In this document: positions 20,246 to 27,189 of the stretch, piece by piece
Numbering within the stretch: position 1 is the stretch's first letter
How the letters are laid out: each line of letters starts with the position of its first letter
From: an uncultured cyanobacterium
Lineage (GTDB): Bacteria > Cyanobacteriota > Cyanobacteriia > Cyanobacteriales > Microcystaceae
Reading direction: 5' to 3'
NCBI GenBank assembly: GCA_963807635.1
Contig: CAWEDJ010000097.1
Coordinates: 1-27,189, forward strand
DNA: 27,189 bases
Made by a program: the position numbers and the translations under genes
Notes under the pieces: model-generated
The model's input: only the letters and a program-made list of their open reading frames with translations
What the model was told of the DNA's origin: nothing
Databases searched by the model: none

Positions 20246-20563
20246 ATGAGCGTTAAAAAGCAATTTTCTAGTTTTCAAGATCTATTAAACAAGGCTAATC
20301 GTCCTGTCCTAGTGGATTTTTATGCAACCTGGTGTGGCCCCTGTCAAATGATGGTTCCTGTTTTAGAACAAGTTGGCGTTCAACTCCGCGATCGCGTCCA
20401 GGTCGTTAAAATCGATACCGATAAATATCCCCAACTCGCCACCCAATACCAAATTCAGGCCCTACCGACCCTGGTTTTATTCAAAAACGGCCAACCCGTT
20501 CAACGCATCGAAGGAGCCATGCAAGCCCCGCAGTTAATCCAACAGTTACAAATGTTGCTCTAG
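20246..20563 (+). CDS. trxQ: Thioredoxin, probably y-type (TrxQ/Slr0233-like)
   Basis: VLVDFYATWCGPCQMM, VVKIDTDKYP and LPTLVLFK motifs. The subtype is assigned from recalled resemblance. Confidence 0.88.
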   Translation: MSVKKQFSSFQDLLNKANRPVLVDFYATWCGPCQMMVPVLEQVGVQLRDRVQVVKIDTDKYPQLATQYQIQALPTLVLFKNGQPVQRIEGAMQAPQLIQQLQMLL

Positions 20564-20689
20564 AAAATTCAACAATGCGATCGCCCTCCCCCCTCAGAAA
20601 TTCCATAGGAATAATCGCGACAACCGATTCGGGGATGCTTTTATGTCATAATTTGTTACAGATATTTTAAGATTTGCTTTATTTCTGCA

Positions 20690-21037
20690 ATGAGCGATCG
20701 TCCTCAAGAAAAAACTCTCGTAGAAAAAGCCGCGCCTAGTTACGAATGTCGTGCCTGTGGGTATGTTTATGTACCAACAAAAGGCGACAACAAAGCGCAG
20801 ATTCCCCCTGGAACTCCCTTTGAAGACCTCCCCGAAAATTGGAATTGTCCCGTGTGTAGTGTTCCACGCAAACAATTTTTCAATATTGGTGCAACTGATG
20901 CGCCTTCGGGATTCGAGGAAAATCTTAACTACGGTTTCGGCTTTAATCGCATGACCCCAGATCAGAAAAATTTATTGATTTTTGGGGCTTTATTTCTAGG
21001 CTTTATTTCTTTTATTGGTCTTTATGGCTTAAATTAA
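20690..21037 (+). CDS. rubA: Membrane-anchored rubredoxin RubA
   Basis: CRACG and WNCPVC iron-binding pairs, C-terminal transmembrane helix, position upstream of ycf48. Confidence 0.95.
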   Translation: MSDRPQEKTLVEKAAPSYECRACGYVYVPTKGDNKAQIPPGTPFEDLPENWNCPVCSVPRKQFFNIGATDAPSGFEENLNYGFGFNRMTPDQKNLLIFGALFLGFISFIGLYGLN

Positions 21038-21138
21038 AATCGAAATCAGCTTTTTGGCTGTAAATCCTAAAAATAGTTTGAATGATCCCTAACCCAGACT
21101 TCGGTACGGTCAATATTTATTAGAGTGCCTGACTTCAG

Positions 21139-22149
21139 ATGTTTATGAATTTTTTAAGGCAAAAATTGAAACAAATTGTTATCTTATTTGCCATTTCTCT
21201 ATTGTGTATCAGTTGTAGTAAGGTTCAACCCCTCGGCTACAATCCTTGGACAGCCATCACCCTAGACACCGACTCTACCTTTGCGGATATTTCCTTTACG
21301 GATGATCCCCAACACGGCTGGTTAGTTGGAACCAAATCCAGCATCTTTGAAACAACGGATGGGGGAGAAAACTGGGAACAACGGGTGATTGACCTGGGCG
21401 AGGAAAAAATCAGCTTTACTGCTGTCAGTTTCCACGGTCAGGAAGGCTGGATCACGGGGAAACCCTCAATTCTTCTCCACACAGAAGATGGTGGCAAAAG
21501 CTGGTCGCGCATTCCTCTCAGTGAAAAACTGCCTGGTTCTCCCTACAGCATTATTGCAACGGATAACCAAACGGCAGAGATGATCACCGATTTGGGGGCC
21601 ATTTATCAAACCAATAATAGCGGTAAAAGCTGGAAAGCTCTCGTCGAAGGAGCGGTCGGGGTTGCCCGTACCATTGAACGCTCTAAGGATGGTCGTTATG
21701 TGGCGGTTTCTGCGCGGGGAAATTTCTATTCCACCTGGGCACCTGGGCAAAGCGAATGGACACCCCATAATCGTAATTCTTCCCGTCGTTTGCAAACAAT
21801 GGGCTACAGTGAAGATGGTCGTCTCTGGCTCCTAGCAAGGGGTGGACAACTTCAGTTTAGTTCGAGTCTGGATGGGGAAGAGTGGGGAGATGCGATCGCA
21901 CCTCAATCCAAAAGTAGCTGGGGTTTACTAGACCTTTCCTATCGTACCGAGGATGAAGTCTGGGTTGCAGGGGGCAGTGGTAACTTATTAGTCAGCCACG
22001 ATAATGGTCAAACCTGGGAAAAAGATGTGGCGATCGAGAACATTCCCGCTAATTTGTATAAAATCGTCTTTCTTAATGCGGATAAAGGATTTGTCCTTGG
22101 ACAAAATGGTGTTTTATTAAAATACGCTCCCCCGACAGCCGCCGCTTAA
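21139..22149 (+). CDS. ycf48: PSII assembly factor Ycf48/HCF136
   Basis: BNR-like repeats (TTDGGENW, TEDGGKSW), VAVSARGNFYSTW, RNSSRRLQTMG, and synteny with psbE. Confidence 0.96.
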   Translation: MFMNFLRQKLKQIVILFAISLLCISCSKVQPLGYNPWTAITLDTDSTFADISFTDDPQHGWLVGTKSSIFETTDGGENWEQRVIDLGEEKISFTAVSFHGQEGWITGKPSILLHTEDGGKSWSRIPLSEKLPGSPYSIIATDNQTAEMITDLGAIYQTNNSGKSWKALVEGAVGVARTIERSKDGRYVAVSARGNFYSTWAPGQSEWTPHNRNSSRRLQTMGYSEDGRLWLLARGGQLQFSSSLDGEEWGDAIAPQSKSSWGLLDLSYRTEDEVWVAGGSGNLLVSHDNGQTWEKDVAIENIPANLYKIVFLNADKGFVLGQNGVLLKYAPPTAAA

Positions 22150-22249
22150 GGCTTATCGAGACCGATTAACTCACTGAAATCCACTAACTCAGATCCATTA
22201 AATAGTAAACTAGAATTTACCATTTGGTTTCATTTGCAGGAGATTGTCA

Positions 22250-22495
22250 ATGTCAGGAACTACTGGAGAACGTCCGTTTACCGATATTGTTACCAGTATT
22301 CGCTACTGGGTTATTCACAGCATCACCATCCCGATGTTATTCATCGCAGGTTGGTTATTCGTGAGTACAGGCTTAGCCTATGATGCCTTTGGCACCCCCC
22401 GCCCTGATCAGTATTTCACCCAGGAGCGTCAGGAATTGCCCATCATCGATAGTCGCTATGATGCAAGCGAAAAAATCAAAGAATTTAACCAATAA
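22250..22495 (+). CDS. psbE: Cytochrome b559 alpha subunit
   Basis: [28 protein letters not shown]...; ATG at 22250 after an AGGAG RBS. Confidence 0.98.
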   Translation: MSGTTGERPFTDIVTSIRYWVIHSITIPMLFIAGWLFVSTGLAYDAFGTPRPDQYFTQERQELPIIDSRYDASEKIKEFNQ

Positions 22496-22518
22496 TTCAT
22501 CAAAAAAGGGAATAAATA

Positions 22519-22653
22519 ATGGCCACGAACAATCCTAATCAACCTATTTCTTATCCTATTTTTACCGTCCGATGGTTGGCAGTCCACACTTTAGCGGTGC
22601 CTTCTGTCTTCTTTGTGGGTGCGATCGCCGCTATGCAATTTATTCAGCGATAG
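22519..22653 (+). CDS. psbF: Cytochrome b559 beta subunit
   Basis: Manual translation [44 protein letters not shown]. Confidence 0.98.
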   Translation: MATNNPNQPISYPIFTVRWLAVHTLAVPSVFFVGAIAAMQFIQR

Positions 22654-22665
22654 GAGTTAATCGTA

Positions 22666-22785
22666 ATGGAAAGACAGACAAATCCCAATCGTCAACCCGT
22701 TGAACTAAACCGCACTTCCCTCTTTTTAGGGTTATTATTGGTGGCGGTATTAGGAATTTTATTCTCCAGTTATTTCTTTAACTAA
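22666..22785 (+). CDS. psbL: Photosystem II protein L
   Basis: Manual translation [39 protein letters not shown]. Confidence 0.98.
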   Translation: MERQTNPNRQPVELNRTSLFLGLLLVAVLGILFSSYFFN

Positions 22786-22835
22786 GCCGAGAACTAAATC
22801 GAGTATTATTTGGAAACAATTAGGAGGAAAATTTA

Positions 22836-22955
22836 ATGTTTGCAGAAGGTAGAATTCCCCTGTGGATCGTTGCGGTAGTTGCTGGATTAGGCGCGCTCAG
22901 CGTTCTTGGTTTATTTTTCTACGGAGCCTACGCTGGTTTAGGTTCTTCGATGTAA
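22836..22955 (+). CDS. psbJ: Photosystem II protein J
   Basis: Manual translation [48 protein letters not shown]. Confidence 0.98.
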   Translation: MFAEGRIPLWIVAVVAGLGALSVLGLFFYGAYAGLGSSM

Positions 22956-23031
22956 TTTTTCTGTTCCAGTTTACTGCGTAGATTTTGACTATTAAAAACT
23001 GGTTTATAGATTTAGGGAAAATTTTTAAATT

Positions 23032-23063
23032 AACCGTCGGTTTGTTATAGCTGGCGGTTTTTT
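23032..23063 (+). terminator. Intrinsic terminator of psbEFLJ
   Basis: AACCGTCGGT/GCTGGCGGTT stem with G-U pairs, followed by a T-tract. Confidence 0.75.
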
Positions 23064-23073
23064 GTGCAATTTT

Positions 23074-24545
23074 TTAAGCATTAACCCGTCCATTATTTTT
23101 TTTGATAGCGGCGATCGCCCGTCTGCGAATTTCCAAAATTTGACCAATTTCCCTAGCAAAACTGGGTTGTCGTTCAATCATTTGATTAATCACATTTAAC
23201 GAGAGAGTCATGACTTCTAAATCACCGACAGCCGCGATCGCCACAGGACTGGTTTCTCCCGAAAAAAGAGCCATTTCTCCAAAAAATTCTCCCACTTTTA
23301 ACGGTAAAATTTCCCGTTCGATTCCCTGTTGATCTGAAGCCAAAAGTTTCGCCTGTCCAGAAACAATAATATAAAGAGCATTTCCTTGATCGCCTTCTTT
23401 GACGATATATTCCCCTGCTCCAAAATGTTGTAAAATAACGCCTTCTGCTAAGGTTGTTAAGGGTGGGGACTCTTTTTCTAAAGGAACAAACGCGGGAATG
23501 GACTGGAGACTGTCGGCGACTTTTTTCGATCTGCCTTTGCCTGGGAGGTTGGGCCATTATAATGATAAACCGTGCGAATCGGAAAGGGAATCATTAAATT
23601 ATTCCGTTGGGCCGCGTACCAAACCCTAGTAACAAAGCGATCGCGAATTTCTTCTAATTGGCTGTAATCTTCAATAAAAAATTTAACTTCATAATTAATC
23701 ACAAAATCATCATAGGAAATCGTAAAAATTTGCGGTTCAGGTTCCGTAAGAATTCCCTCCGTTGCGAGGGCTGTACTTTTGAGAATTTGTTTAGCTAAAT
23801 TAGGGGGGTCTTCATAGGAAAAACCGACTCGAAATCGTTCCGCATGGAGCCGTAACGGTTGACTAAAATTGCGTACCATATCCCCACTAATCAACTTATG
23901 GGGAATAATAATCATTTCTCTCTCTAAAGTTTGCAATCGCACTGCTCGCCAATTAATATCAATTACCTGACCCACTACGTCCCCCACTTTGAGCCAATCT
24001 CCTACAGAAAAAGGGCGTTCAAAAAGAAGAGCAATTCCCGACATAACACTTCCCAAAGTATCTTGTAAGGCTAGAGCAATCACAATGGAACTAACGCCTA
24101 AAGCCGTTGCTAATCCTGCTAAATCGGCATTCCAAACCGTCGCTAAAACGATCGCCGTTCCTACTAAAATGAGAACAAGTCGAGACAGATCAATTAATAA
24201 TTTAGGAACCCTAGAACGCCAGGTATTAGTTTGGGCTTGTTCAAATAAAACGACATTGACAAGGGATAAACTTGCATGAATAAGACAGATCCAAAATAGA
24301 GTTTGCACTCCTTTGACTAAGGAACTGGTAAGACTCAGTTGGAGAACTTTTTGTAAAAATAGCATTAAGGCCAGTACAGGCAATACTAAATTACGAATAA
24401 TTTGTAGGGTTACAGCGAGGGGTTTATCTTCTTTTTGATAACGATGGATTAATTCTCCCAGGACTAAAATCAAGATGGGAAAAATGACGATTAAGGCGAT
24501 CGCCCAGGGTAAAATAGAATTTTGGAGGTTGGCATTATTCATCAT
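23074..24545 (-). CDS. MscS-family channel with C-terminal cNMP-binding domain, single frameshift near 23525
   Basis: LALQDTLGSVMSGIALLFERPFSVGDW (MscS). After the shift it reads FGAGEYIVKEGDQGNALYIIVSG...GEFFGEMAL (cNMP domain), in frame with ORF 23074..23343. Confidence 0.9.
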
Positions 24546-24574
24546 GAAGCAGACAGACCTAATATAATAATTAA

Positions 24575-24907
24575 ATGACTACACTTATCGGAAAAATTCG
24601 TCGTAAAATTGCTGAAAATCAGTTTGAGTTTTCTAAACATTCAGTTGATCAGTCGATTCTGCGACAAATTCGAGTTCAAGAAATTCGAGAGGCTATTGCG
24701 AACGGACAAGTAATAGAGGATTATCCAGATGACAAATATGGGCCAAGTTGTTTAATTTTTGGCTGTACTCAAACCAATCGTCCTCTTCATATTCAGTGTA
24801 GTTATCCCATTCGTCCTCTCGTTAAGATTATTACAGTGTACGAACCTGATTGCCAACAATGGAATAATCATTTTACTAAAAGGAAGCATAGCAACCATGA
24901 AAACTAA
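24575..24907 (+). CDS. DUF4258-family protein, putative toxin
   Basis: FSKHSVDQ, GQVIEDYPDDKYGPSCLIFG, RPLHIQCS and IITVYEPD motifs. Confidence 0.85.
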   Translation: MTTLIGKIRRKIAENQFEFSKHSVDQSILRQIRVQEIREAIANGQVIEDYPDDKYGPSCLIFGCTQTNRPLHIQCSYPIRPLVKIITVYEPDCQQWNNHFTKRKHSNHEN

Positions 24908-25130
24908 TTTACAAGAAACCTTAGTTGAAAAAAAAGTAACCTATACCTTAAACCTAAACGGTAAAATTGTTTTAATCGAAAATGTTCCTGCTCGTGTCAA
25001 TGAAGAAACGGGGGAAGAATTTTTTTCGCCATCGACAGTGGAACGTCTTCAACAGACAATTTTAGAGACAAAAAAACCTGATCATTTTGTACAAGTTCCT
25101 GTGTATAACTATTTAAACAGTGCGGCATAA
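24897..25130 (+). CDS. YgiT-type (MqsA N-terminal-like) protein, putative antitoxin
   Basis: ATG at 24897 overlaps the toxin stop; VTYTLNLNGKIVLIENVPARVNEETGEEFFSPSTVERLQ. Confidence 0.8.
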   Translation: MKTNLQETLVEKKVTYTLNLNGKIVLIENVPARVNEETGEEFFSPSTVERLQQTILETKKPDHFVQVPVYNYLNSAA

Positions 25131-25144
25131 TAAATAGTTAATAA

Positions 25145-25173
25145 AATAGAACAAAATTATTTTTTATTCTATT
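25145..25173. terminator. AT-rich hairpin between the convergent TA pair and the cyclase gene
   Basis: AATAGAACAAAA / TTTTATTCTATT inverted repeat with one mismatch. Confidence 0.35.
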
Positions 25174-25195
25174 CTATTGTTAGCGTTGAAATCGT

Positions 25196-27189
25196 CTAGG
25201 TTGCTAATCGCCAGGCTTGGACTTTAGTTTTGCCGTCACTTTCCACATCGGGCATTGCCTCAAACTGATAGATATCCTGTAAACGTCGATGAACTTCCTG
25301 GGACACTAAAATCATCCCAGGGGGACAGGCGGCGCGTAAGGCACTGGCTAAATTAATCGTATCGCCCCAGACATCATAGATAAATTTATTGCGCCCCACA
25401 ATTCCCGCCACCACATCCCCAGAATTAATTCCAATACGGATATTGAGTTCAAATTCTCGTTCATGGTTAAAACGACGGACAATGGACAACATATCTAAAG
25501 CTAGATCTAACACCCTTTTGTCGTGGTCTAGATAGGGAATGGAAAGCCCACAAACGCCTAGATAACTATCGCCAATAGTTTTAATTTTTTCAATGCCATA
25601 ACGTTCGGCACTTTCATCAAAGGCGGCGACTAAATCATTTAAAATTGAGACAATTTCATAGGCAGTTAAAGTTTCTGATAGTTTAGAAAATCCTGTTAAA
25701 TTGGAAAAAATAACGGCGACATTAGAGACATCTTCGGCAATATTTCTTTCTCCTTTTTTGAGTCTTTTTGCAATAGAAGACGGAAATACACTTAATAGTA
25801 ATTGGTCATTTTCCTGGCTTTTTTCTTTGACTAAATTCGTCTGAGTCCGCAGACTCCGTACCATTGCATTAAAGGATTTGGCTAATTCCCCAAATTCATC
25901 TTCATTTTTTAGAGTTGCGATCGCGTCTAATTCCCCCGCCGCGACTTTTCGAGCATTGGCAATTAACTGATTAATCGGTTGCACAAACCAATCCGGCCAA
26001 ACCCATCGCGATCAACGTGACTAATAGGCTTAACAAAGTGGCATAGATCAAAATTTGTTTCGCAAAGGAATAAATTGGTGCATAGGCTTCCGCAAGGTCA
26101 ATTTCCGACAAAATCACCCAATCTAAGCCTTCTAACTGCAAAGGAGCATAGGAACTGAGGACGGGAATACTGCGATAATCCTTGATAATTTGAGTCCCTT
26201 CTTTCCCCGCTAGCGCTTCTTCTACAGCCTTCGTTCTGACAGGTTGTTGCAAAATCGAACTTTTATATTGATTAATGCGACTAATTACCGATTCCTTGAC
26301 TCCCAGCGACCGCAAAATCTCTCCGTATCCTTTGGGATCTTGTTCCAAAAAACGAGAGACAGAACGCATCAAAAAATCTCGTCCCACCAGATAGGTTTCC
26401 CCCGATTTTCCCAGCCCATCCGCTTCCCATTTGCGATTGCCCGTCATCACATTATTAATCTCATCAACGGGTAATTGAAAGGCTAAAACCCCAATTAATT
26501 GAGAATTTTCATAGATCGGAGCCGCAATAAAAGCCGCAGGAGCATCGTAGGAAGGGCTGTAGGCTTCAAAGTCCACAAGTTTAGAATAATCTCGTTCCTT
26601 TGCATTTTGAACCAGTCGATTGAGTTTGGCTAAATTACTATTTTTGTAGGGGCCCGTTTGAAAATTTGTGGTGAAATCGGTTTCCTTAAAAACGGTATAA
26701 ACGACAGTTCCATTAGGGTCAATGAGGAACATATCATAATAGCCAAATTTTTTAATAATATTGCGAAAAATAGGATGATAGAATTTATGGACTTTGGTAT
26801 AGTCGCTTCCATCCTTGGGGTCACTTAATTGTTGTTTTTTGCCAACAGGGTTGGGATTAGCGGCAATGTAATGGTATTGCAAGTATTGGGAAGCAGTCGC
26901 CTTTGGTGTATAGGATTCAATAAGAGGAGAACCCCCTGTGGATTGAATTAAACGGGGTAAAAATTCCTGATTGTAATATTGCTTGATTTTAGTGTTAATT
27001 GGATTAGTAACTTTTTCGGTTTGGAGTGTTTGATAGGCATCGGTAAATGAGCGCATTGCCGCAATAATTGACGGATCTTCACTTAAAGTTTCCGTATGAT
27101 TGCGAATATTTTTAAAATAGGATTCAATCTGATAAGCTTTAGAGGCGCGGATACTCGTCAATTGATTAAAAACTCTTTTATTTAAGTTA
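25196..27189 (-). CDS. Receptor-type class III adenylate/guanylate cyclase-like protein (extracytoplasmic Cache-like domain-TM-HAMP-CYC); 5' end outside the window, frameshift near 25993
   Basis: GYYDMFLID...VYTVFKETDF and GLGKSGETYLVG sensor region, transmembrane helix, HAMP DEFGELAKSFNAM, then EKIKTIGDSY, IRIGINSG and YDVWGDTIN. Confidence 0.9.

Noticed and set aside
20690..22955. rubA-ycf48-psbEFLJ cluster as a novel system
   Set aside because: It is a well-known conserved cyanobacterial arrangement.
24759..24896. Extended N-terminus of the YgiT-like ORF in the track
   Set aside because: It overlaps DUF4258 by about 150 bp; the ATG at 24897 gives the typical coupled start.

Overview
Chromosomal window from a unicellular cyanobacterium, probably Synechocystis/Snowella-like (inference from dense HIP1 octamers and protein resemblance). 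From left to right: (i) a KGK-clade dynamin-like GTPase (SynDLP-type), a HEAT-repeat gene, two tandem KGK-domain genes (the first split by a 912-bp IS5-family element with TA duplication), and Uma2 and HNH nuclease genes; (ii) an M16 peptidase subunit, a class A beta-lactamase-like serine hydrolase, a TrmJ methyltransferase, a second Uma2, and a hybrid histidine kinase preceded by an orphan substrate-binding lipoprotein; (iii) a hypothetical gene, a DUF255/YyaL protein and tocopherol cyclase; (iv) a 51-codon secreted-peptide gene missing from the ORF track, whose ribosome-binding site has a perfect 14-bp inverted copy downstream; (v) a 144-bp partial thioredoxin duplication ending exactly at a HIP1 site, which brackets a coiled-coil gene with the intact y-type thioredoxin; (vi) the conserved rubA-ycf48-psbEFLJ cluster; (vii) a receptor-HAMP-degenerate class III cyclase and an MscS-cNMP channel, separated by an antisense DUF4258/YgiT-like toxin-antitoxin pair. 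Many genes carry single-base frameshifts that look like long-read sequencing errors. All family assignments come from motif recognition by eye; no searches were run.
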